Shown here: positions 52,444-64,000 of the stretch, in pieces
How the letters are laid out: every line of letters starts with the position of its first letter
Numbering within the stretch: position 1 is the first letter of the stretch
Assembly (NCBI GenBank): GCA_051942205.1
Contig: JAVECO010000022.1
Coordinates: forward strand, 1 to 64,000
Reading direction: 5' to 3'
Length of the DNA: 64,000 nucleotides
Source of the DNA: Coniocarpon cinnabarinum
Lineage: Eukaryota
Notes under the pieces: generated by a model
What the model was told of the DNA's origin: nothing
Databases searched by the model: none
What the model saw: the letters and a program-made list of their open reading frames with translations, nothing else
Position numbers and translations under genes: made by a program

Positions 52444-53061
52444 ATGTCTGCTCCGCTCCTCTCCACAATCCCGCTCATCCATCTCTCACCCCCTAACAAT
52501 AGCATACATGTCGCCCTTTTCACTGACGTCGCCAACGGTGCATTCCTCCGACGTCAGCTGATAGACGGCAATGAGGACTTCGAGTATGCCTTCATAGATT
52601 GCGCCAACATCGTTGGGACCTCCCAGGTCTTGTCAGCCTGTTTTCGAGCTATCAATGACGCCCGGAACGATCGTCTGCGCAGTCGTAACGTGCACAGCGA
52701 GATCGTGTTCAGCCTTGGCACTAACAGCAACATTGGTACGAGCCTCAAAGCCTTCGGTGTCGATGCCACTACCAAGCATTTGCTGGCCATCAAGGTTTCG
52801 CGAGCTGGCTCCAATGAAATGCTTGATGCCGAGCGTGATGCGATCCAACATCACTTGAATACTCATGTGCAAGGACACGCATTGCCCTTCACCAAGGACA
52901 GTATTTCAAAGATGACGGACTGGCCAAAAGTGCGCAAGACGTACAAGCTGTCTGACTTCAACTTGCAAAGCTTGACAAATGGTAGCGACGGTGCCGAATC
53001 CGAGCTACACAAGGAGATTGAGACGGCTATCGTCGGCATGATTGTGTTACGAGGGTCATGA
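52444..53061 (+). CDS. CGI121: KEOPS/EKC complex subunit Cgi121
   Basis: HVALFTDVAN..FLR.QL, YAFID, ACFRAIND...RSRNVHSEIVFSL...NIG..LKAFGV, D..KVRK.YKL, C-terminal IVGMIVLRGS. Confidence 0.9.
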   Translation: MSAPLLSTIPLIHLSPPNNSIHVALFTDVANGAFLRRQLIDGNEDFEYAFIDCANIVGTSQVLSACFRAINDARNDRLRSRNVHSEIVFSLGTNSNIGTSLKAFGVDATTKHLLAIKVSRAGSNEMLDAERDAIQHHLNTHVQGHALPFTKDSISKMTDWPKVRKTYKLSDFNLQSLTNGSDGAESELHKEIETAIVGMIVLRGS

Positions 53062-54160
53062 TGACTTCAAACTTCGCTGAAACATCTCTGCTACCAAAGT
53101 CGGCCAGTTGCGTGAGCACTTCTGCGAATTGCCTGAGGTGTTTATGCCCTCATCGAACCGCAGAACGCTCCAGCCTAACGAGGACTGCACACAATGCGAT
53201 AGTGAGCTTTAGTTCCAGATTTTTTGACGGGCTGATGTTCGAATCGCTGACGCCGAGTCGGACAAGAGTAGCAAGGCTCTAGGTATTGCAGCCTCGATTG
53301 AACCTCACAGAATAAGCCAAACATCCGTGGGCCGTGCGTCTGGAGACGCGTATGCCCCATCAAAGGCAGCGAGTGCACGGGGACACAGAGTTCTGATTCG
53401 CCTCTTGTACGTTTCAGACGAATCCGGTCCCACAGCGGCAACTGGGTTTGGAGGAAATCTTTGGGGATGTTTGACGTAGGGTACGAAACGAGGAACTCCG
53501 AAAGAACGCAACAGTTCGCCATCAGGGCAAGCGTGGCACGAAAAGGTCAAAGCGCGTGGCGGTGGCGCACCAGCCAGACATACCCACTTGCCTATTGTAG
53601 TATCATACTGAACGCGCACCTATGTACCTAGCACGAACCGGAGATCAGCACATTTGCTCGTTCGCTTTGCATCTTCCACACGTTTGCGAATTGGCGTCTT
53701 GGGCTAATTGTGCGTGCTTCAGACTTCAAACAACCTCAGTGAAGGATTGCAAAGGACGTAGAGGTCTAGGCATCGAGGAAACGCAGTTGCCCCGTGGCCA
53801 AAGCGCTTCGTCCTGCTCGACTCGCTTGCCGCTCTCTGCTCAATGCGGGTGCTCAATGCGCATCTTACTCTTTCACGCCACTCGGCGCTGGTGACAAGCT
53901 GAGCCTCCGTCATTTATATTGTCAATCGCTAGCCCTCAGATCAAAATCGCCTCTCGACACTTCTATGTTTCGCCTACATCAGCCCAGAGAAGGAAGGTCT
54001 CGTGCTCTCAAGCCGCCAAAACTGTTCGCACCCAGTCATTGACTGCTTTCTCTTCTCTCCTTCGGTATTTGCAACAAACAACAAAACTCACTAAACATTC
54101 TCATCAGGAGCGCCTGTTTGCCTGGAGAAGTCGAGTGTTGGTCGAGTGTCGGGTGCCGCT

Positions 54161-56278
54161 ATGGGCGGGCGCATCGTGATTGACAAACCACATGCGCTTC
54201 GCGCAAAGGTCTCAGTGCCAAAGCTGTCAACTCCGCAGGAATTGCAATCGCGCGAAGTGGACAACGAATTGTTTACCTTCCCTGAAGTCACGCGGTTTAT
54301 TAAGCGCCATGTTGCAAACTACAAGCCAATGCCCGACGGGTTGAGACCCTTCGATAAACTTCCGAACGAGATACTGGATACCATACTGACCTATGTCGCA
54401 ACCTCGAACGCCAATCTAGAGGTAAGTGCATCTCGTTTAAGAGGAAGAAAGGTTGAGCGTTTTTTTTCTTATTTTTTAAGCAATCACGGCTCTGGTCCGC
54501 CAGAGGTCTAAGATCGACCGCCCCTGCATGCATGGGAGCACCAATGGCAGAAGATGTTCGTGTAGCACAGCCATACGCATTTGCAATTTGCAAGAGTCAA
54601 TGAACCACTACAGCGAAATCCATGCTTCTCTCAAGCTTATTAGGATATTGTAAAAGGTCATCTAAAAATGTCTCATACTAACATCTATGTACAGCACGAC
54701 TTCGTCTCACCGCACATCTTCAAGGCCCGCCTCCTCCAAAAGCGCATCACTAAAGTCGTCGACCATTTCCTCCAAGACTACAGTCTCTTCGGCCGTTCCC
54801 ATTACAAAAACCTTCCAGGAACCTCCCGCGAGCTCCGGAACTTCCTCGCCGCCTCGCGCAATCCCTTCTTCGCGGATAAGCTGACCGAGATCTACTTGCC
54901 AGTCCAACTTCAAGCAACTGACCTCCACACCGCTTCGACGTGGCATCGACGCTTTGCTTGTCGCCCAGATCGACCACGGCACACGAAATGGGCCTATCTG
55001 TACGAGTCTTACCCCTCGTATCCTGCTGCGTTGTCGCGCAAGGCTAGTATGGTGAAAGCGCTGCACCGGAGAGATCGGTCAGGCTATTCAGTGTTGGGGA
55101 GTGCACTACGGAAGTTTCGCAACCTACGCTCACTCAAAGTTCGTACATTACCAGCACCGACGCTCAAGATGTATGACTCGTCTGGCACGTACGCCACTAA
55201 TCCCCAAAGCTTCTTTCACGGTAAGTCTCCTCAACGTTGAAACCAGAGAGTCCCGAGATGTCCTACGTGGAGGGTTGTTTCTCGCTGTACCAGGCGGTAG
55301 CTGACGCTTGCCAGCAACAGACTCGAACTACCAACCTCTAATATCCCTATTCTCGCTCTTCTCCGCCGCTCAGATTCCACTAACCCACCTTCACATCACT
55401 GGCCTGGCTCCGGCCCTCCTCGAAGACGCCTTCGCCGCCCACCTTCCCACCTGGACCGTCCTCGACTCAATCACCCATCTGCACATCACGCTTCTCGACG
55501 GTGAAGACTACACCGAAGTCCCCGCCGACGTGCTCATCGCTTTCCTGGCCGCCTTCCACTCGCTACAGCACCTCGAGCTCTCTGGGATCATGATCGATCG
55601 CCGCGCCGGCTCCGAGTACTGTGTCGAGCAGATCGTCGAGATCTATGCCATGCGACCCCGGACCCGCCTGCGGAGTCTGAAGCTGAGGAGTGTGACGTGT
55701 CATGGATGGGCGCTTGAGAAGTTGCTGCGAGAGCACGAGCGCACCATCGCAGCCGTGCATTTAGATGACGTCCACTTGAGTGACTCGAGATGGTTCAGTC
55801 TCATCGAGTACATGCGTCGACGAACAGAGCGGGGCGTCGGATGGGAAAAGGTGGTCCTACGACAGAGCAAAGACCGGTGGAACGACGGGTACGTATCCCT
55901 CCCTCCCTCTCCTTTTCTCTCTCTTATTCTATCTTCCTCGACATCCCTCTATCCCCTCCACTCATTTTCTCGATCGTATGCACAAATGCCTTCACGAATT
56001 TACCATCAAGGCTCATTAAGCTAACAAAAAAACTCAGCCTCGACGCCTTCTGGGACGAAAACAACGCAGCTGCCATGTCCGACATCGTCGCCAAACACGG
56101 CGACGGCGAAGGCTACAACGTCGCGCGCATGGAACTGAGCAAGTACATCACACATGTAAGACCCGAAAAGGAAACCGAAAGCAGTAGTGAAGGTGAGAGA
56201 AGTGAGCGCTCCAGCGGCACCGGTGAGGGGAGTGATGGAACGAGTGAAAGGGTTGTTTATGATCCGAATTATGGATGA
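54161..56278 (+). CDS. Multi-exon hypothetical protein with N-terminal F-box-like motif and LRR-like C-terminal region
   Basis: FDKLPNEILDTILTYV resembles an F-box start; downstream exons contain LRSLKV, LTHLHI, LQHLEL and LRSLKL repeats. Exon junctions only partly resolved. Confidence 0.55.
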
Positions 56279-57340
56279 TACAAGTGATGCTACATCAAGT
56301 GGCGCCACTATGAGAGGATGAGGTGGTGCTAGAGGGTCTGCTGGCTGGTGGGAGATGGTTGGGGTATATGAAAGGCGTCGAACTCAGGCGAAGCGGGGGC
56401 TAGAAGGAAGAGGGAGAATGTGAGAGAGGATGAATGGCAAAGCGATGGAATCGAATCAGGAGGGAAGGAGAAGAGGATGAAACAGTGATCTATTTGACAA
56501 GACATATCGATCTATCCTACCGCGAGCATGCCTGGGAGCGATTATGAAGGTCACGGCGTTCTTATATGGAGGAGGATATACATAGCATTGGCTACTTACG
56601 GGTCCTTTGAAATGAGAATACGCTTCGCTCTACCCACCTTTTCCGCACCCTTAGTATAGTACTTCTCAAGATTTTGGCGACCAAAGCGCGTGCGGGATGA
56701 CATTGACTAGCTGCGCGATAGTGGACAAGGATCGAAATAATGGTGCCAGAAAGAGACTCGAGGGGTCAGCATGCTGGAGTAGACTCGCCTGATAGATGAC
56801 ACAGCGACTAGATCCACAGACTGTCTATGCAAGCAATTGAGAAAGTCATTGACAGCAGTATGAACGCCGTGCTGTAACGATGCTCGACTATAGAATCCAA
56901 CCCCCGTATGTATAGCTGATGAAGACTGCTGATACGGCGGCGGGCTCCGGAAAAGATATATCAACGTGAGATTGAAAATAGGGGCTTTGCTGTGAGCTTT
57001 CCATTCGTGGGAGTATCAAGTTCAATGTGATTTGTACAAGTAGAATACGTCTCGAGTTGCCGATCCTCTAGGCTCAGCTATACAAGCCCAGTGGACGCTG
57101 TCTGGCTTCGGGCTTCCTGCGCAGTTGGTGCAGATGTCGTGATTGTGAGCGTGTTCAACGAAGAAATGGATTGCTGATCGCGTGGTGTCTTCTTCCGTGC
57201 CTCTGCATCCCAATAGGACCCTCCATCTCTTTCCTTTCGTGGTTACGTCGTCAACAGTCCACCAATCGGCATCCTCAAGAGACAAACAGTCCTCTTAGTC
57301 CGCGGACATCGCCTCTCCGCGATCCACTGCCAAACTCGTA

Positions 57341-59045
57341 TCATCCATCCATCTCGTCATGGAACGGATCGCTATCCTCTTCCTCCTCCTGTCTCTCTTC
57401 AGCACTAACAACCCGGCTCTCTCCATCCCTCTTCCGACTCGGCGCCATGACTCCAGGTTTTTCCCGCGCCTGCGCCAAATCCCCCATGCTCACATTGCTA
57501 TGACTCGTCTCCGGTGGACCCAGCCCGATCGACTTCTTCGCATACGTCGCATGTCCCCTTCCCCCTTGCTCTTGCTCCTGCGCCTCTGCCGCCTCCTGCT
57601 CCTCCGCGGCCTCATTCGCCTTTTCCACCTCGCCGTTTTGCTTCTCCTCTTCTGTGTCTTTGAGCCAGTCCACGCCGATGCATCGGCCTACGAGACGTAC
57701 AGTCGTGTCGTCGGGCCGCTCGAAATGCCGGTTCCCTGCGCCGCCGGCGTCCGCGAGGATATTGAGCATGTTTCGCAGGTCGTCGCGTTTGTAGTGGGGT
57801 GGGTGACGGAGCTGTGTGTTTGCGACGAGGGGATGCAGGACTCGAAGGTAGGTGTGTCGGAGGTTGGCGGTGCGGTCGGGCGCGGGTTTGCTGTCGCCAT
57901 TGCCATTTGAACTTGCGCTGATCGCCGAAACAGAGGGCGGAGGTAAGTCAAGGAGGTTGCGCATGATGATGTCGACGAGTACGTGGAGGTCGTTGGTGTA
58001 GAAGTACTCAGCGGTGGTCGGCGTCGTGAAGAGTAAATACAGAAACTTGAGGATGAGCAACTGTGTTGCGGTTTCGGCTTCACGATTGAGGAGGAGTATG
58101 AGGTTCTCGCCGAATGTTTTATATGAGGAGCCGTGTTGGGATATCGCCTTGATGACTCGGTTGGTGAGACCGGCGCTGGGGGATGCGGGGTATTGAGGAG
58201 ACGTCGGAAAGTGTGAGGCGAGGAGATACTGTTCATTCAGTACGAGAAGGACGCGGATTACGGGATGGTGATAAGGGTCGCTAGCGTCGGACGCGTGCGT
58301 TTCGATGATGCGGAAGAGGAAGAGGACGAAATCGTCATCGATGGACACTGTTGCTATTGTCAACATCTGCTCAAGGCTCGGCGTTCAAAAAGCATACTCA
58401 GGTCCTGAGAGGATATCTGTTGTATCCGAGACATTTCATACAACGACTCGAGCAGCTGTCGATGCAGGCCAAGACCATCGTCGAAGCCTTCCTTGACATG
58501 CTTGACGAGACACGAGAAGACTCCTTCATTGCTCATCAACTCAAAGGTCTTGTCGTTCTTCCGGCCATCATGCAGGAGCAGCGCAGATGCTAGGTGCACT
58601 GTAAATGGGTCATCTTCCTGCGAAAGGATCGTAAATATCCAAGTCGACTCGGTTGGAAAGGGCATATGCTCGCATACCGTACCTGTAACAGGGCATGGAC
58701 TAGCTGTCGTCGAACATAATCCTCATTCTTCGTGTATAAGTCAGACGCGGCGAGCACGTAGATACAGCGCAAGACATCCTGCTCGGCTATAACGTAGAGC
58801 TCTTGCAAGGTCAGTCACGCGTCGTGGAGTGCGACAGGTCGCTGAGCACACCTCTATTCGTGTTGATGTAGTCAATCCAGGTCCTCAAAGTATCGTCGAT
58901 ACGCTCAAAAGTCCGACAGGGTGTCGAGGTGATGTCGTCGATTTCTATGGGCATAACGATCAGCAGGACGTAGATAATACAAAGACGAAGCTCATTCACC
59001 ATCCCAGAATTCTTCTTCATTCTCAGCAGTCTCGTCTGCGTCCAT
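57341..59045 (-). CDS. LDB17: Ldb17/Dip1/SPIN90-family (DUF2013) Arp2/3 activator
   Basis: Spliced model [15 protein letters not shown]...IDDTLRTW...[12 protein letters not shown]...[18 protein letters not shown]...[13 protein letters not shown]...[12 protein letters not shown]...[22 protein letters not shown]...[11 protein letters not shown]. Confidence 0.85.
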
Positions 59046-60413
59046 TGCGCCCCAGTGAAAAGCTATCGTGAAGAGCTCGCATCTTGCTCTTCACGAATTT
59101 CTCGCGGAACCCAATGGCTGCATCGTTCACTGATCAAATCTAGCGTGCATGGCCAATGGTGGTCAACAAACATAGGTACCCTGCTTGTCCAAATGGATCC
59201 GGCCAGGCGGCACCACTCGGCCGAAGGGCCTGGAGACTCGAAGCCACGTGATAGAATTCAACCTCACTGCCAACGATACTGTTGACTCTAAATGATTACC
59301 TAGGCCTGTCTGTAATATCTAGTCGCTCTCTACTCAACAAAAGCTGCAAGAGCATAGTCAGGACAAGATTTCCCCATCTGCGTGCACAATTCTCTGCGTA
59401 GACAGCGCTCTCCTGGCGTTCGTAGAAATGCTTCAGCAGACTGCAGGTAGAGTCTGGCAAGGATGATATGTAGCAGGTATCAAGAATAATTGTTCTAGAG
59501 CCTAGCGACAGTGAGTTCTGAGGATAACTTGCTTTGTCGCGTGATCGTAGGCCAAGTCGTACTCAGGACGACTCGGAGACTCAAAGGCGCCTATTAGCTG
59601 ACTGAGCCTTTGATGTGGCTATGTGACGAGTTGACGGGCTGAGACGTAGTCAAACCCCTGGAGTAATGCCTCAAGCAACGTGAGTGCAAAGCTGTATCAC
59701 GTGCCCAGACTTCGCCTCTCTGGAGCCATTCTGTTGACAAGGCTTTGTAATTGGATGGTGACTTTGGTGGAAATGAAGTGTTGCCCTTTGGGCGTAAGAT
59801 GTAGCCATAATGTCAAGAATATTCGAGCTTCTCGTGGTTTATGTTGTTGTAGGCTTACCCTGCGGACTGAAAACGAGGCACTTTTTGATGTCTCCAAGCC
59901 TTTACGTATGCCTCACACATTGACTCACACACCGTTCCCACTAGCGATCAACGACTCATAAGCCTGTTGCTGTGAGCTGGTTCCATATCTTTCGAGGAGC
60001 TCAGAGCGAGACCGACAATCAGGGGCCGATCCAGAGAAGCGAACGTATGTGTTACCGTTGCCCTGGCCTCTACAGCCATCGATCACACGCTCTCTACCTC
60101 TGCATTCTCGTCAGCCCCTAAGACTTGCATCAGCTAAGGATAAATCTCTAGGAAGGGCTTACTTCAGTACGATACGGCCTACCATACCAGCGCGATCGGC
60201 CACACAACACAAGCCAGAGCGCTGATCCATCCAAAGGACTGAAACATTGAAAAGGCACTGCGCATTTGAACCCTACCTTGAACCTGACTGCAGCATTCGC
60301 TTCTGCACAAATTCAAACAAATAAGCGACGTGCTCCTGATTCGGTTCTCGACTTCTGAAAACTCTTCCGAGAATACCACGAGAATTTGACTTGTTCCAAC
60401 AACAATAACAACC

Positions 60414-61370
60414 ATGCCTTCAGCACGCACTTCACGGATTGTGAGCGACATGCTTGAAGCCATCCCGGAAGTCATCTCGAGCCCTACACAGCGCTTGAAC
60501 GCGGGTTCGGGTTTCACGATTCCAGACTCGCCACCAGCCGCCAGGTCAACCACAAGTCGTGGAAGCGCAGCGAAGCTATTCCATGTCGCCACGTCAGACG
60601 ATGATGGGAACGAAAACTTCACAGAAGTTGATACGAAAGTCCTGAAAGAGAAGAGCTTACGCACGGGGCTGACAGTCTCTTATCAGTACGTCTTCCAGCT
60701 TCTGAGATTGTATACAGGTTGTGCACAACTAACGCTTACTAGGGCCTTGTGTGGACCTGCCGCGACTGTGTTCGTAGGGTTTCAGGCTGACAACATGAAG
60801 AAGTTCTCCGTTCACGAGGGCCTCCTGTGTCAGTACAGCGATGTCTTCATGGCAGCTTTTCGCGGGGAGGGGCACTTCGCAGAGAAACGCACGAAGACGT
60901 TTCATTTGCACGAGACCTCGCCCATTACCTTCAGCCACTATGTCCAGTGGCTATACTCGCATCTCGGCACCCCAAAGTGGTACTGGCTGAGAGACGGCGA
61001 TAATTTTTCGCCCGCCAGCGCGAGTCAATTGTTGGATTTGCGCCTTCTTGGTGATTTCCTTGGCGACGCAAAGCTCATTGGCGTCATTTCTGAAGCGCTG
61101 GACTTGAATGCTCCAGGCTCGAATCCGCATGACATGAGCCGTGAACAGGTTGTGTGGAAGGTGCCGACGCCGGAAGAGGTCCACAATGTTTATGAAAACT
61201 CGGACGGGGATGCGCGATTTCGCGCAGTATTGGTGCGCCGATACCTTCAAATCGACTCGAATCCCCAAGTCATTGAAAATCCGAGCGAGTATCCCCCTCA
61301 ATTTTGGTACGACGTGTCACAGGGGTGGAGAAGCAAGGCTCTGCCTCGGGGACGGTGGCTTTTGGAGTAA
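60414..61370 (+). CDS. BTB/POZ-domain protein
   Basis: GPAATVFVG...KFSVHEGLLCQYSDVFMAAFRG..F.E....FHLHETSPITF..YVQWLY is a typical fungal BTB signature; probable in-frame 57-nt intron at 60686-60742. Confidence 0.82.
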   Translation: MPSARTSRIVSDMLEAIPEVISSPTQRLNAGSGFTIPDSPPAARSTTSRGSAAKLFHVATSDDDGNENFTEVDTKVLKEKSLRTGLTVSYQYVFQLLRLYTGCAQLTLTRALCGPAATVFVGFQADNMKKFSVHEGLLCQYSDVFMAAFRGEGHFAEKRTKTFHLHETSPITFSHYVQWLYSHLGTPKWYWLRDGDNFSPASASQLLDLRLLGDFLGDAKLIGVISEALDLNAPGSNPHDMSREQVVWKVPTPEEVHNVYENSDGDARFRAVLVRRYLQIDSNPQVIENPSEYPPQFWYDVSQGWRSKALPRGRWLLE

Positions 61371-62171
61371 TAAAGGTGAAAGGTGAACTCGATGCTGACT
61401 TCTTTTCAAGAACTTGGACTTTTTGCCTGTGTCGAGACCTCAAGACCTCTGCGGAACACATGACGGCGGAAGTCATGAACGCAATTGTAGGCTAGCCGGC
61501 GGTATCAAGTAGACCAATGACAAATTGTGCTCCTGTACAAGCATTAGCCAACTGCTAAATCAGTTGAGGTCGAAACGGAAAAAAAATTCACTTGTGACCG
61601 AAGAGCTTCTCGCTCACAACAAATCTTTGATGAGGACGGAGTCTGCTCAAGGCTTCTCCTCCCAGCGTCAAACCAGTTCTCCGTGCAAATTTGTGACTGA
61701 GGCGTTGAATTCATTCGCTCCGTTCTCAGACGACGGGCTCACATTGATATGTTATGCCGTCTCTCGCAGGTGCCCGACTGCGGTGCAGCAAGAGAGAAAA
61801 GGTGGATGGTCAAGCAATTGCAGTGGCAAGTGATCAAGGAAATTGGTGCATAAAATTTGGTCGTAGCATCAAGGAGCGCCATATTCTTCAGGCAATTTCA
61901 AGGAGGGCCCAAGGACAGTCTCGTCTAGTCACGGATAAACCGTAACTGGGAGCAACGCGTTGTCAGGGGGGCAACAAAGACCAGATGAAGCCAGGTGTAA
62001 TATATCGTGTAGCCGGGCGTGTCAACATTCTCACCTCTCCGGCCACGTACTTTCCCACGGCTCCTAGCACACCGCAAGCCCTCTAAGTTCGCTCTCCCGA
62101 TAGCTATTCCGCTTCCCCCGTTCTCTTGAACCTATTTGAATATAGCCTCGACGAAGCTTCAGGCCGACCAG

Positions 62172-63210
62172 ATGGAGGGAAACGCCCAGACTGAGCAAGA
62201 TCTTCCCCTGCCGGGCCTCGCTTATCAGTCTTGCGGAGGATCTGATCGCCACCATGTCTCGACGCCGCTAGGCACTCGCATCAAACAAGAAACCGACGAA
62301 GATGTCCAAGGACTTCAAGTGCGCGAGCTGCAAGGAGAAGAGCTGCGCGCCAGAAATGATGCCGTGCGCTACCACAGCTGGGCGCAAAACGATGAATTCC
62401 ACGAAAGTGGCAACGAAATCGCTCTATCAACCTTGTAAGTGGAGAAAACTCGAGTTTATGTAAAGGTAGATTACTCACACAGTACAAAGAGGCTTGTCAG
62501 GTCCAATTGCAACAGTATTTGTGGGCGAAGGGCGCAAAGAGCGGCGATTCGACGTTCACGAGCTGCTTGCATGTCGATTCTCTGGACTGTTCAGAGACGT
62601 CTTCTGGAGAGAGTCACCTCGTGATGAAAGACCCAGACGCGCGCTGGGCCTCCCCGCCGAAGAGCCTTTAACTTTTGAGCTATTCGTGCAGTGGCTATAC
62701 GCTCAGCCATTCTATGCGGCGTGGAACGGCAGCGTGGCAACCACGCTGCCGTTATTTCGACACAGACGGCTTGAACAGATCAAGGAATTGGCCGTTGACG
62801 ACCTCCTTTTGCTGCACGGCCTCGCACAATTTCTGAAGTGCCCGCTTCTTCAAGCTTGCATTGGCGTCGCGCTTGGCACCGGGGACGGTGGACAGACTGG
62901 GGCAGAAATGCCCAGAGTCGGGGAGGTCAATTTCGTGTACGAAAGCTGGGACGCGCCGCAGGAGTTCCGCCATGCACTCGTGGCACGATTTCTTCACCAT
63001 AATCCCGGAATGAACAGATCTGCCAACCTTCGACCATACCCCCGGCTGTTCTGGAACGATTGTCTCTGGGAGTTACGGCAGCAGCAAGCCAGGGAGGATG
63101 AAGGGAGTCTGCGGCACTTCGTGAAGCCGCCACCACCACCACGAGTAGATCCAGACAAGCCTCGTAGCCCTCCACCAGGGCATCCACAAGGGCAGGGACT
63201 GCCATACTGA
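62172..63210 (+). CDS. BTB/POZ-domain protein (paralogue of the upstream gene)
   Basis: GPIATVFVG...RFDVHELLACRFSGLFR...LPAEEPLTFELFVQWLY. GTAAGT donor at 62435; exact acceptor and start codon uncertain. Confidence 0.75.
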
Positions 63211-63302
63211 CATTTCGGACCACAAAGCTATGAGTACAACGGCGACCGCCCTTTGCGAGTCAGAATACGGTGAATTAGAGTGGGATGAATTTCTCTGTAC
63301 GA

Positions 63303-64000
63303 CTATCCGAGCTTTCTTCTGTTTTCTATATCCAGTCGCTTGCGAGGACTACTATAGCGCCATAATGCTTCCGAATCGACGTATCCGGTCAGGGCATCAC
63401 TCGACGCATAGCTGTCCGTACTTCGCCCGCGCTTGTGCATGGATGTCAACAACGAGGACTCGACCTGCATCTGATTCCGATGGGCCTTGAATGCGTCGTC
63501 GCCCAAGACCAAAGCACAGAGAATGCTAGTCGCGGTGCCCGTCCAAGTAAGGGCCAGAGGTGCGGTACCTGTCCAGATATGACTTACCTGCGGCATCCAC
63601 TGCATCCATTTTGCGAGGTGCAAAACACTGTACGTCAATGTTGCTGACGCGAGCGCAAGACACAATGCTTGGCCACACATGGCTGCAACTGCTCTGTTCC
63701 GGACACGCGTATTTCGCAACCGCGCCTCCCCAGCTCCGTCGATAACAATACAACTCGGCAAGACGACGATGTTCGCTACGCAGCATGCACCCGCCACGAC
63801 GTAGAAGAAGAACGGCGAGAAGAAGTCGATGCGTCCAACAACGGAGTCGAAAGCGCGCTCTTGCGCGATGTAAGAGTCGGGACTGTATTGCGAGAAGCGA
63901 AATGAGCCAAGCGGACCCGCGTTGTAGCAGAGGCCGTACCCGCGTTGACGCGTAGGGTTGATGGCGCAGATGCGGTTGAGGGTTAAGCGATAGTGATAGA
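63303..64000 (-). CDS. 5'-truncated (window edge) multi-pass membrane protein, possibly SUR7/PalI-like
   Basis: Frame stays open to the window edge: YHYRLTLNRICAIN...GLCYN... followed by three hydrophobic segments (FFFYVVAGACCVANIVVL; AMCGQALCLALASATLTY; LALTWTGTATSILCALVL). Confidence 0.5.
   Translation of the reverse strand, partial: YHYRLTLNRICAINPTRQRGYGLCYNAGPLGSFRFSQYSPDSYIAQERAFDSVVGRIDFFSPFFFYVVAGACCVANIVVLPSCIVIDGAGEARLRNTRVRNRAVAAMCGQALCLALASATLTYSVLHLAKWMQWMPQVSHIWTGTAPLALTWTGTATSILCALVLGDDAFKAHRNQMQVESSLLTSMHKRGRSTDSYASSDALTGYVDSEALWRYSSPRKRLDIENRRKLG

Noticed and set aside
53062..53650. Possible small spliced gene on the minus strand convergent with CGI121
   Set aside because: Some splice-like signals, but I could not build a convincing reading frame or recognise any domain.

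Overview
Eukaryotic DNA from a filamentous ascomycete (Pezizomycotina; short 48-60 nt GT-AG introns with CTRAY branch points). The intron-blind ORF track therefore fragments most genes, and I rebuilt the models by reading splice sites. The first ~1.55 kb is an extremely AT-rich, TpA-rich, CpA/TpG-depleted block typical of a RIP-mutated repeat. The rest is gene-dense euchromatin: GH5 glycolipid hydrolase, VTS1, TFC4, M28 glutamate carboxypeptidase, FIG1, HSP12, HRD1, SHM2, a conserved hypothetical, a Rossmann-fold protein, GH16 glucanase, a Nudix hydrolase, RPS21, IMPDH, a GFA-family protein, a subtilisin, IQGAP, a polyQ Zn2Cys6 transcription factor, CGI121, an F-box-like orphan, LDB17/SPIN90, two tandem BTB proteins and a partial membrane protein. 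The most interesting non-coding signals are: (i) two Smaug/Vts1-recognition-element-like CUGGN hairpins directly after the VTS1 stop codon (possible autoregulation); (ii) an snR54-like C/D snoRNA in IMPDH intron 2; (iii) a candidate three-way-junction RNA structure sequestering the 5' splice site of the long first intron of the GFA gene. I cannot demonstrate a new multi-gene system from sequence alone.
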